From assembly GCA_947479455.1 (NCBI GenBank), contig CANJZE010000001.1, positions 109,106 through 173,105 of the forward strand: a stretch of 64,000 bases of DNA. The letters run 5' to 3'. The stretch comes from Bacteroidota bacterium. GTDB lineage: Bacteria; Bacteroidota; Bacteroidia; Chitinophagales; LD1. Shown one piece after another: positions 53,330-62,685 of the stretch; the first letter of the stretch is position 1; every line of letters starts with the position of its first letter. The notes under the pieces were generated by a model, which saw only the letters and a program-made list of their open reading frames with translations, made no database searches and was not told the DNA's origin. The translations under genes and the position numbers were made by a program.

Positions 53330-54517
53330 CTATTCCACGTAATACATCCTCAACTTCCCTTTATTTTTCGCTTCAATCTCTCCACGGTATTCGCAAGCGA
53401 ATTTATCATTCACCAATTCATATGTGGTTTGCGAAATATTAATTTTCCCACCTTCACTATTTTGTTCCATGCGGGCTGCCGTGTTTACCGTATCGCCCCA
53501 GATGTCATAGGCGAATTTCTTTACCCCTACAATGCCAGCAACTACATGACCGGAGTGAATTCCTATTCGCACTTCAAAAGAATCGGGATTTTGTTTTCTG
53601 CGTTTCAACATAAAATCTCTGATTTCAATAGCTGCATTCACCGTGTCTTTTGCGTGGTTAGGATTAAGCACCGGTAAACCACTTGCGGCTAAGTAAGCAT
53701 CGCCCACCGTTTTTATTTTTTCGATGTTGTGTTTTTCAAGAATATGGTCGAAAGCACTGAAACATTCGTTAATCTCTTTTACTAAATCATGTGCCGATAG
53801 ATTTTCGGCATGAGTGGTGAAGCCTTTGAAATCTGTAAACAACACAGTTACTTCATCAAACTGTTTAGCATCGGAGTATCCTTTTACTTTCAACTCTTCA
53901 GCTACTTCAGCAGGAAGAATATCTAACAACAAACTATCGGAACGTTTCTTTTCCTGCTGTATACTATTCATGAACCATGCAGAAGCGGCAAAAACAACGG
54001 TTAAAGAGGTGCCTATATTCATAATATAGAACAGCGTTCTAACACCATCTGAAACTTGAGATTTGGTTCCCAGTAAAGCCGGTTCAATTACCGCTGAAAC
54101 AACAAGGATGAAGAGAAACATCAGCATCCAAACAATGGCAAACCTATTTGATAGAAATATGACCGCACCCAACGGAGCAAGAAAAGCCCAGGCAATTACC
54201 AAACCGCTTTCGTCCATACTGCCAATGGTCCATTGTATAAATGCAGTAACCCACATGATACAAGTTAGCTGGGCGTAAACCAGAATTTTATAGTTGCGGG
54301 TATAATGCGATACCAGAATTGCCGAGCCAACAATAAGGGTAAATGAAATAGGCAAAAAAGCAATTACACCAAAACCAAAAATAAAATAGTACATCGCTGA
54401 CCACACCACACCGCACATACTGCAGATAGATGCTATCAACAGAATCAGAAATTTGCGAAAAGCTAATTCCTGAGAATCGCCTTCTTCTTTTGCAAATGAT
54501 TTGAGTTTATTAATCAT
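53330..54517 (-). CDS. membrane-anchored class III adenylate/guanylate cyclase
   Basis: Six to seven TM segments, then VLFTDFKGFT, GDAYLAASGLP, IGIHSGHVVAGIVG, YDIWGDTVNTAARME. Confidence 0.88.
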   Translation of the reverse strand: MINKLKSFAKEEGDSQELAFRKFLILLIASICSMCGVVWSAMYYFIFGFGVIAFLPISFTLIVGSAILVSHYTRNYKILVYAQLTCIMWVTAFIQWTIGSMDESGLVIAWAFLAPLGAVIFLSNRFAIVWMLMFLFILVVSAVIEPALLGTKSQVSDGVRTLFYIMNIGTSLTVVFAASAWFMNSIQQEKKRSDSLLLDILPAEVAEELKVKGYSDAKQFDEVTVLFTDFKGFTTHAENLSAHDLVKEINECFSAFDHILEKHNIEKIKTVGDAYLAASGLPVLNPNHAKDTVNAAIEIRDFMLKRRKQNPDSFEVRIGIHSGHVVAGIVGVKKFAYDIWGDTVNTAARMEQNSEGGKINISQTTYELVNDKFACEYRGEIEAKNKGKLRMYYVE

Positions 54518-54547
54518 GCAGTAGTTGTATCATGCGAATAGTATAAA

Positions 54548-56382
54548 TCAACTTACAAAATACATTTTCAACTTCCCTTTATTCTTGGCTTCAATTTCTC
54601 CACGGTATTCAAAAGTAAATGGAGAAGTTCCACTTCTTAAAGAAATGGAACTTCTATTAAGTATCTCATAAGTAGTTTCCGAAATATTGATTTTACCCGC
54701 CTCGCTGTTTTGTTCCATGCGGGCGGCTGTGTTTACAGTATCGCCCCAAATATCATAAGCGAATTTTTTTACGCCAACTATTCCCGCAACAACATGTCCG
54801 CTGTGAATTCCGATTCGTGCATCAAAAGTTTCAGGATTCGTTTTTTTTCGATTGAGCATAAACTCGCGTATCTCGATAGCCGCTTTCACCATTTCCTCAG
54901 CATGGTTGGGGTTGGCAGTTGGCAAACCAGAAACAGCCATATACGAATCGCCTACCGACTTTATTTTTTCGATGTTGTATTTAGCGATGATATTATCGAA
55001 ACCCGAAAAGCATTCGTGTAATTCATTAACTAGTTGTTTTGCGGTTAGCTTTTCGCTGATGCCAGTAAAATTTTTGAAATCGGTAAACAGCACGCTAACA
55101 TCTTCAAACAGTCTGGCTTCAGCACTTCCTTTTTCTTTCAGTTCTTCTGCTACTTCTTCGGGCAGAATATTGAGAAGTAATTCATCACTACGTTTTTTCT
55201 CTCTGCCAATTTTATTACGCTGACGAAAAAATACTCCAGCAAACAAAACCATTACGCTAAAGCCACCCAGTAAAGCCATCTTCTGAACTTTCTGCCGCCT
55301 TAATTCTGCTTTTGCAATACCGTCTTTCTTTTCTTGTTCGGCTTTAGCGATAGCTTCCTTTACATCGTACTCGTACTTAAACTGATGCTGAATTACAGCT
55401 TTCTGATTTTCTTTACCAGCTATACTATCGCGGCTTGCAATTTCCAACTGATACATTTCCAGCGCATCTTTAAACTTACCTTGTTTAGTATAAATCTGTT
55501 TCAATAAACCGGCCGATTTCAGCGTAAGATTTACCGTGTTTGTATTAATGGCGAGCACTATAGCCTGCTTAGCGCAATCTTCGGCTTGTGCAGTTTCACC
55601 TTTGTTTAGGTAAACATTAGCTAAGCCATTTAGCCCTCTGGCCTTACCCAATTTATCTCCTATTTCGCCTGACATTTGAACGGCCCGCTGATAATATTCG
55701 ATAGCTTTATCTGTACGGTCTACTTGCTCCATTAAGTCACCTATATTGCAAAACAAGTAGGTTGAATTGTGGTTCCTGTAGTTGTTACGCTCAAAAATAT
55801 CTAATGCTTTTGTATAAAAAATCATGGCGCTATCCCAGAGTCTATTTTTAAAATAGAGAACACCTATGTTATCCAAAGTAGCTACCACATCTTTAGCATT
55901 GCCGATTTCTTCCTGTAATTGTAAAGCGAGTTTGTATTTTTTTCCGCGTTTACTGCATCGTTCTGCCGCTCGTAAATAGCCCCTATACTGCTTAACACTA
56001 CACCCGAATTAATCTTATTACCGGTTTCCTGATTTAATTTTAAGCAACGTTCGTAATAGTCGAAAGCGCTTCTATAATCTCCCATTTCGGCAAAACCGTA
56101 GGCCTTATTATTTAGATAAACCGAATAATATTTTTTCCCGGCCAGTTTAATGGCAGGGTTAACGTTGGTCATAAATTTCTCGGCCAATTTACCGAGCGTA
56201 TTGCTGTATTTCTGCCATTCGCCATCAGGGGCAATATCGGATATGTCCTCCAAAAGTTTTAGCTTATTAGTATCCTCCGGCGCTGTTTTTAAAATTTTTA
56301 GAAGCGAATCTAACTCTGAACTTTGCGCATGAGAGAAAAAAACCAAACCCGAAAGCATAATAAAGAGAAATTGTTTTTTCAT
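54548..56382 (-). pseudogene. TPR-repeat sensor + TM + class III adenylate/guanylate cyclase, frame broken at an A7 homopolymer (ORFs 55882..56382 and 54548..55888)
   Basis: A one-base shift inside the minus-sense A7 run (plus 55937..55943) joins ..IGAIYERQNDAVNAEK to KYKLALQLQEEIGNAKDVVATLDNIGVLYF. This restores a canonical TPR register (G8, Y11, A20, Y24, A27). The cyclase domain is paralogous to 53330..54517. Confidence 0.75.
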
Positions 56383-56435
56383 GCGCAGTAGTTAAATATG
56401 GGTTTTTATCTTCACCCCCTCAAAACTAAAATACT

Positions 56436-58565
56436 ATGTCACAGATTGCCACTATCGAAAAAAGAAATAACGGAGTAGCCATTGTTTGGCTCGACCAGCA
56501 GAACGAAAAAATAAATAAAGTATCACTCGAATTTGTGGAGGGCATTGATAAAATATTTCAGGAACTCGAAAACGATAACAGTGTAAAAGCCGCGGTTATT
56601 ATCAGCAAGAAGAAAGACTGGATTGCCGGTGCTGATATAGACATGTTCGGCAAGGTGAAACAGAAGGGCGATTTTATTCAGTTTACGCGCAACGGTCACG
56701 TGTCGCTAAATAAATTAGAGAAAGGAAAGAAACCGGTTGTAGCTGCAATCAATGGTGCATGCCTTGGTGCAGGAACAGAGATTGCACTTGCATGTCACGG
56801 AAGAATTGTATCGGATGATAAGTCAACACACTTTGCACTACCCGAAGTAATGCTCGGCTTATTGCCCGGTGGTGGTGGAACGCAACGTCTTCCACGATTG
56901 ATTGGAATACAAAAAGCACTCGACATGATGCTTACGGGAAAAAAGATTTACGGCAAAAAAGCAAAGAGCATTGGTCTTGCCCATAAAGTAACGAACAAAG
57001 AAAGTTTACTGAATGCTGCTATTGATTTCGCTTTGCAACTTGCCGCTAAACCTTTAGTGCGCGAAGACAAAAGAACTTTTGTAGAAAAATTATTGGAGAG
57101 CAATCCGCTTACGCGCAGAATAATTTATACCAAGGCTAAGGAGATGGTGATGAAACAAACGCAGGGAAATTATCCTGCACCTCTTCGTATTCTTGAATGT
57201 GTGCAGATAGGAATGGAAGAAGGAATGGAGCGCGGGCTCGATGCCGAAGCCGTGAAGTTTGAAGAATTGATTTTGACGAATGAGAGCCGTCAGTTGATTC
57301 GCATTTTCTTCAACATGACCGAGAAGAAAAAGAACCCGTATGCAGCAGACTTAATTAAATCTACCGATAACATTGCGATGATTGGCGCGGGATTTATGGG
57401 AGCGGGTATTGCGCAGGTGAGTGCTGTTGACGGAATAAATGTTTTGCTCAAAGACATAAAAGAAGAAACGCTTCAACAAGCCAAACAAACTATATGGAGC
57501 GATTTAGCCAAGAAGATTAAACGCAAAACCATGAGCGCGCCTGAAGCAGAGCAAATAGTTAATCGCGTTCAAAGCAAATTAGATTACAGCGGCTTCGATA
57601 AAGTTGACATTATAGTTGAAGCGGTGTTTGAAGAAATAAAATTGAAGCAGCGCATAGTAGCCGATTGCGAAGCAGCTTCTTCACCCAACACTATTTTTGC
57701 GAGCAATACTTCTGCTTTACCAATTAGCCATGTAGCAGAAAAAGCAGCGCGACCGGAGAATGTAATTGGTATGCACTACTTCAGCCCAGTACCAAAAATG
57801 CCTTTGCTCGAAATTATTAAAACGCCAAAAACTGCCGATTGGGTAACAGCTACTTGTTTCGAACTCGGTATTCGCCAAGGTAAAACATGTATTGTGGCAA
57901 ATGATGGTCCCGGTTTTTATACCACGCGCATTCTCGCTCCTTACATGAACGAATGTTATTTGCTGATTGAAGAAGGTTGCGAAGCCGGCTTTATTGACAA
58001 GGCCATGAAGCAATGGGGTTTCCCGGTTGGGCCGGTTACTTTGCAAGATGAAGTGGGCATTGATGTAGGCGCACACATTATGAAAGGCGAACTTGCACAA
58101 ATGGCGAAACTGCGCGAAGGCGCGCGCACCAGCGATGCCATTATAAAAATGTTTGCCGATGGTTACCACGGCAAGAAGAATAAGAAGGGCATGTACAAAT
58201 ACGATGAGAAAGGAAAGAAGCAAGGCATTAACGAAGACATCTACAAATACTTCGGCAATCCTAAACGCAAGGAGTTCACGAAAGAGACTATACAGAATAG
58301 AATGGGTATGATGTTTCTGAATGAATGCCTTCACTGCCTCGAAGAAAAAATTTTAGAAAGCCCTACTGATGGTGATGTAGGTGCAATTTTCGGTTTGGGC
58401 TTTCCTCCGTTTACCGGTGGACCTTTCCGGTTTATTGATACCATGGGCGCTGATAAAGTAGTAGCGCTTATGGACGATTTAACGGCTAAGTATGGTGCGC
58501 GTTTTAAGCCGGCAAATATTTTGAAGGAGTATGCGAAGGAGGGAAAGAAGTTTCATAAGGAATAA
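56436..58565 (+). CDS. bifunctional enoyl-CoA hydratase / 3-hydroxyacyl-CoA dehydrogenase (FadB/FadJ type)
   Basis: N-terminal crotonase fold (AGADIDMF, INGACLGAGTEIALA), NAD-binding IGAGFMGAGIA and a C-terminal 3HCDH domain. 709 aa. Confidence 0.9.
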   Translation: MSQIATIEKRNNGVAIVWLDQQNEKINKVSLEFVEGIDKIFQELENDNSVKAAVIISKKKDWIAGADIDMFGKVKQKGDFIQFTRNGHVSLNKLEKGKKPVVAAINGACLGAGTEIALACHGRIVSDDKSTHFALPEVMLGLLPGGGGTQRLPRLIGIQKALDMMLTGKKIYGKKAKSIGLAHKVTNKESLLNAAIDFALQLAAKPLVREDKRTFVEKLLESNPLTRRIIYTKAKEMVMKQTQGNYPAPLRILECVQIGMEEGMERGLDAEAVKFEELILTNESRQLIRIFFNMTEKKKNPYAADLIKSTDNIAMIGAGFMGAGIAQVSAVDGINVLLKDIKEETLQQAKQTIWSDLAKKIKRKTMSAPEAEQIVNRVQSKLDYSGFDKVDIIVEAVFEEIKLKQRIVADCEAASSPNTIFASNTSALPISHVAEKAARPENVIGMHYFSPVPKMPLLEIIKTPKTADWVTATCFELGIRQGKTCIVANDGPGFYTTRILAPYMNECYLLIEEGCEAGFIDKAMKQWGFPVGPVTLQDEVGIDVGAHIMKGELAQMAKLREGARTSDAIIKMFADGYHGKKNKKGMYKYDEKGKKQGINEDIYKYFGNPKRKEFTKETIQNRMGMMFLNECLHCLEEKILESPTDGDVGAIFGLGFPPFTGGPFRFIDTMGADKVVALMDDLTAKYGARFKPANILKEYAKEGKKFHKE

Positions 58566-58566
58566 C

Positions 58567-58590
58567 GAATGTTGAAGTAAAGCAGTTCGA
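58567..58590 (+). repeat. direct repeat, left copy, flanking the 177-aa membrane protein gene
   Basis: gaatgttGAAGTAAAGCAGTTCGA. The 17-nt core is identical to 59224..59240. Confidence 0.7.
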
Positions 58591-58639
58591 TTTTAACTTT
58601 GTTCTTGGTAATAATTTCAGCAAATGCAAATACCACGCA

Positions 58640-59173
58640 ATGAATAAAGCCGACTTAGAAAACAAGAGTCTAGTTTTTATTGTCCTCATTTCTTATGTGC
58701 TTAATCTACTTTTCAGCGGTATAGGTGTTTTGTGCGAATACAGTTCGAACGAGCAAATGCTGGTTTATCAAATAAGCAATGCCTTCGCTATTACAGCATC
58801 TGTAATGGCAGCACGCTACACAGGTTTGCGCGGGCAACACGTTGCCGCATCTGCATATATTTTAATGGGTATTACACACGGTATTTCGCTAGCAGCCCTT
58901 AGCCGTACGGGCATTAATATTGACCGCGGCATGACTATGGTTATGCCAATGATTCCTGCTTTGGCGGCTATATTTTGGTGTAATTTTTACCCAATTTGGC
59001 TTCGGGTAGCAGGTATAGTTCCCATCATATTATTTACGTTGGTTTACGTAAATGTTCTGCTAGGTAATTCGTATTTCGATTGGCCATTAACTTGGGGCTA
59101 TGGAACACTGCAAATAATTGAAGTGCTATGGGGTGTTTACCTGATTAAAGATTGGCAAGAGAGTAAAAAGTAG
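58640..59173 (+). CDS. hypothetical integral membrane protein
   Basis: 177 aa with five to six hydrophobic segments. No recognised family. Confidence 0.55.
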   Translation: MNKADLENKSLVFIVLISYVLNLLFSGIGVLCEYSSNEQMLVYQISNAFAITASVMAARYTGLRGQHVAASAYILMGITHGISLAALSRTGINIDRGMTMVMPMIPALAAIFWCNFYPIWLRVAGIVPIILFTLVYVNVLLGNSYFDWPLTWGYGTLQIIEVLWGVYLIKDWQESKK

Positions 59174-59216
59174 AATTAATTTGTTGGAGAGGATAATAGC
59201 AGCAACAGCAAATAGT

Positions 59217-59240
59217 GAATACCGAAGTAAAGCAGTTCGA
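59217..59240 (+). repeat. direct repeat, right copy
   Basis: gaataccGAAGTAAAGCAGTTCGA. 21 of 24 positions are identical to 58567..58590. Confidence 0.7.
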
Positions 59241-59437
59241 AGTATTTACAAGTATCTTAAATCGCTCCGCCACGTAACAAACGAAACAGGTTCATACGTA
59301 CAAAAAAATGCAGGTGCTTAAGTTTGCTACACTTCCTCTACGCATGGTTTCCGCCTCGGGACCATGCGAACTTATCTTTAAGTGCATTTTTCATGTTTCC
59401 AAAAACTTTTAGCTTTACTCATCTAAACCAAAAACCT

Positions 59438-59710
59438 ATGCCTAAGTACATCATTGAAAGAAATATTCCGGATGCTGGTAAAATGACACCGGAACAATTA
59501 AAATCTATTTCCCAAACTTCCTGCACCGTGTTGGGTGGAATGGGTCCGCAAATACAGTGGAAACACAGTTACGTAGCGGGCGATAAAATTTATTGCGTTT
59601 ACATAGCGCCTAACGAAGAAGCAATACGCGAGCACGCTGCACAGGGCGGATTTCCGGCAAACCTGGTTACCGAAATTTCATATGTAATTGATCCAACCAC
59701 CGCTGAGTAA
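59438..59710 (+). CDS. DUF4242-type small protein
   Basis: MPKYIIERNIPDAGKMTPEQLKSISQ... is the typical N-terminus. The tracked upstream TTG extension (59324) spans a strong hairpin and is rejected. Confidence 0.65.
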   Translation: MPKYIIERNIPDAGKMTPEQLKSISQTSCTVLGGMGPQIQWKHSYVAGDKIYCVYIAPNEEAIREHAAQGGFPANLVTEISYVIDPTTAE

Positions 59711-59722
59711 TAAAAATACTTC

Positions 59723-60499
59723 ATGAAAAAAATACTGAGTTCATTTTTCTGCGTGTTTGCGCTGCTAACAATTCATGCACAGGGCTTGTATATTGAAATG
59801 AAAATTTCTACCAATGGTGAAAAGGAAATTATTAATGGCTTAATGAAAGCGTATTCACAAGATGGTAACAGCCGCACCGAAATGAATATGAATATGCCGG
59901 GTGCACCGGCCGGAATGGGCAACATCACTATGCTCACGCTGAAAAGCAATGCGAACACAGTTTACATGATTAACGAAAAAAATAAAACATACAGTGAGTT
60001 TACATCAGCTTCAGAACCTGAAGACATGAAAGATTATCCGCAAAGCGAGTATGAAGTTACTTTGCTTGGAATGGAGAAGGTGAATAATTACGTCTGTAAA
60101 CATGTAAGCGTAAAACGAAAAGGAAATAACCACGAAACCGAAATGTGGACGACTACGGAAATTGATGGGTATGCTGACTTTGCAAAAGTGAAAACAAAGT
60201 ATACCGGCAAAGCAAACATGTATAAAGCGCTTGAAGCAAAAGGTGCTGTTGGTTTTCCGGTGAGAATAAAATCTATAGACCATGGACACGAAGTTCGAAT
60301 TGACTTAGTTAAAGCAGAGAAGAGAAATAATCCTGCTGTTTTATTTAGTTTATCGGGTTACACAAAACAGGAAGGCGCAGCAATGCCCGGTGGAGCCGAA
60401 ATGCAGGAAATGATGAAGCAACTTCAAAACATGACTCCATCAGAACGCGAAGCATGGATAAAGAGAATGCAAGAACAACATGGTCACGACCCGCACTAA
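59723..60499 (+). CDS. DUF4412-like secreted protein
   Basis: Signal peptide MKKILSSFFCVFALLTIHAQ, beta-rich core and a Met/Gln-rich C-terminal tail. Confidence 0.5.
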   Translation: MKKILSSFFCVFALLTIHAQGLYIEMKISTNGEKEIINGLMKAYSQDGNSRTEMNMNMPGAPAGMGNITMLTLKSNANTVYMINEKNKTYSEFTSASEPEDMKDYPQSEYEVTLLGMEKVNNYVCKHVSVKRKGNNHETEMWTTTEIDGYADFAKVKTKYTGKANMYKALEAKGAVGFPVRIKSIDHGHEVRIDLVKAEKRNNPAVLFSLSGYTKQEGAAMPGGAEMQEMMKQLQNMTPSEREAWIKRMQEQHGHDPH

Positions 60500-60534
60500 A
60501 TAAAAGTCTCAGTTTTTTTGGGCTTATTAATTTC

Positions 60535-61434
60535 TCAGGAACAAAGCATTTGTACAGCTGACGGCACAACCGAAATTTTCAAAGGTGTATAGCCTACAAA
60601 TTCTCCGTCCATATCTATGGGTTGGTTTTCGGTTTCAATAAAAATTTCTTGAGCGCGCAGGTAATTCATTTTAGGATGTTCAACTTTTGTGCAAGCCCGA
60701 ATCTTATTCAGGTTCTTCAAATAATCCCACAACGAAATTTCAGAAGCCATAATAATTTCAAGCATACCGTCATCGGGTTTTGCATCGGGTGCAATGCCTA
60801 ATCCGGCACCAAAATATTTTCCGTTAGCAATAATATAGCTGAGTATTTTTCCTTCATACAAAAAATCACCCGTTCGTATTTTCATTACCTGATGCTTGTA
60901 GGTAAGAAACGTGCTTACAATTGCCCACTGAAAAGTAAGCGTTGCCCCCATCCATTTAGAAGAACCTGAAAGCTTTTGCGCAATAAAACCACCTAAGCCC
61001 ACATCAGAAATATTGATGAAATAGCGCGAAGAATTTTCTCCTTTTAAGTCTTTGAAATTTGCTAAGCCGACATCAACATTTTTTATGGAATCATTTTGAA
61101 TTAATTTTTTCAACGCATAAATATCATTGATCAAACCAAGCATTCTTGCAAAATCATTTCCTGTACCGTGCGGTAGTAAACCAAGTTTAACTTTTTTGTT
61201 TTGCGAAAGCAGAACTCCATTAACAACTTCATTGAAAGTGCCATCGCCCGTTACCGCTATAATGTAATCTGCATTTGAGTTCGCTATGTTTTTTGCGAGT
61301 TCAATTCCGTGACCGGAATATTCGGTGTAAGAAAAACTCAACTCATAATCAGCTGAAAAAGCAGAACTAATTTTTGAAACAAGTTGCTTGTTTGTGCGCA
61401 GTTTACCGTGTAGAATAAAAGCAATGTGACTCAT
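60535..61434 (-). CDS. diacylglycerol/lipid kinase family protein (YegS/BmrU-like)
   Basis: AVTGDGTFNEVVNG and LPHGTGNDFAR motifs. 299 aa. Confidence 0.85.
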   Translation of the reverse strand: MSHIAFILHGKLRTNKQLVSKISSAFSADYELSFSYTEYSGHGIELAKNIANSNADYIIAVTGDGTFNEVVNGVLLSQNKKVKLGLLPHGTGNDFARMLGLINDIYALKKLIQNDSIKNVDVGLANFKDLKGENSSRYFINISDVGLGGFIAQKLSGSSKWMGATLTFQWAIVSTFLTYKHQVMKIRTGDFLYEGKILSYIIANGKYFGAGLGIAPDAKPDDGMLEIIMASEISLWDYLKNLNKIRACTKVEHPKMNYLRAQEIFIETENQPIDMDGEFVGYTPLKISVVPSAVQMLCS

Positions 61435-61461
61435 ACTGCACTAATGAAAATGGAGAAAATA

Positions 61462-62232
61462 TTACACGTCAAAAAACCTTGCCGCACCCGGCACCACTAT
61501 ACTATTGGGAAAAAGATGAGCAGCCACTTTTCCGGCTTTGTTTACAAAACCGGGAACAACAACTGCCTTATTTTCCATTAAGCCATTCATCCCGATTTTC
61601 GCCACATCTTCTGCCTTCATCATAAACCGAGAATTTTTTTCAATTACTTTTTCCATTCCTGCGGGGCGAAAAAAATCACTTTCTGTTCCACCCGGGCAAA
61701 GTGCAGTTACGTTTACATTTTGTTTTCGCAACTCAAAACGTATTGCCTCAGAAAATGAAAGCATAAAAGATTTGGAAGCGCAGTAAACCGCCATGTAAGG
61801 TGTAGGTTGAAACGCACCTGTGCTTGATGTGTTGAGCAAATATCTTTTTTGCTTTGGGTCGCTGGCATTCAAAAATTCGTGCGCCATACGAATCATTGAA
61901 TCCATATTCAAGTGCATGACTTCTAAATGTTTCTCCAATGGCTTTTCATCGAACTTACCGAAGTAACCCATGCCTGCATTATTGATTAACATGTTTACGT
62001 TCCATCCGTTTGTTTTTATCCAATCAAAAATTTTCTTGTGTACCGAATGGTCAAGTAAGTCAGCGGTGTGTGTATGAACGTTGATATTTTTTTTCGAAAG
62101 CTCTGCGGCTAACTCTTCAAGCAAATGTTGTGAACGGGCTACGAGAATTAAATTCATTCCTCTGCTGGCGCATTCCTGGGCAAACGCTTTTCCTATTCCT
62201 TTGCTTGCTCCGGTTATGAGTGTGTAATTCAT
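61462..62232 (-). CDS. classical short-chain dehydrogenase/reductase
   Basis: ITGASKGIGKAFA, NNAG, catalytic YCASK. Confidence 0.88.
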   Translation of the reverse strand: MNYTLITGASKGIGKAFAQECASRGMNLILVARSQHLLEELAAELSKKNINVHTHTADLLDHSVHKKIFDWIKTNGWNVNMLINNAGMGYFGKFDEKPLEKHLEVMHLNMDSMIRMAHEFLNASDPKQKRYLLNTSSTGAFQPTPYMAVYCASKSFMLSFSEAIRFELRKQNVNVTALCPGGTESDFFRPAGMEKVIEKNSRFMMKAEDVAKIGMNGLMENKAVVVPGFVNKAGKVAAHLFPNSIVVPGAARFFDV

Positions 62233-62240
62233 GCTTAAAT

Positions 62241-62639
62241 TTACTTGCTTCCTTGAAAAGTATAGTAGAGTGTGGTCGCTCCCGTTTGCGTAGCCATGCC
62301 GTTAAGCGTAAGATTATTTCCACTCAAAGAACCGCCTCCTGTAATGTGGTATAGGCCTAAATACCCGTATACCGTTCCGTCCTCATTAATAGTTACAGCT
62401 GTTGACGAATTTAGTTTGCCGCTTCCAATTGTAGCAAACGTGTAGTATCCTCCACCTACCGAAGCCTGCAATTCAATTTTGATAGTGCTGTCATCTACTT
62501 TTGAAACGACTACTCGATTAACGGTACTGCTGCCCGCAACGCCAATGTAAGTACCCACCCAAGCTGTAGCTAAATCTTTTTTGCATGATGGAAGAAAGGT
62601 GATTAGAACAAGAGTAACAAAAAGTAATTTGGTTTTCAT
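62241..62639 (-). CDS. hypothetical lipoprotein
   Basis: Internal Met gives MKTKLLFVTLVLITFLPSC (lipobox). The longer 62714 start would overlap the upstream gene. Confidence 0.5.
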   Translation of the reverse strand: MKTKLLFVTLVLITFLPSCKKDLATAWVGTYIGVAGSSTVNRVVVSKVDDSTIKIELQASVGGGYYTFATIGSGKLNSSTAVTINEDGTVYGYLGLYHITGGGSLSGNNLTLNGMATQTGATTLYYTFQGSK

Positions 62640-62685
62640 GGTTTCAATTTTTAGTAAAAATAAAAGAATGATTGAATGCAAATTT

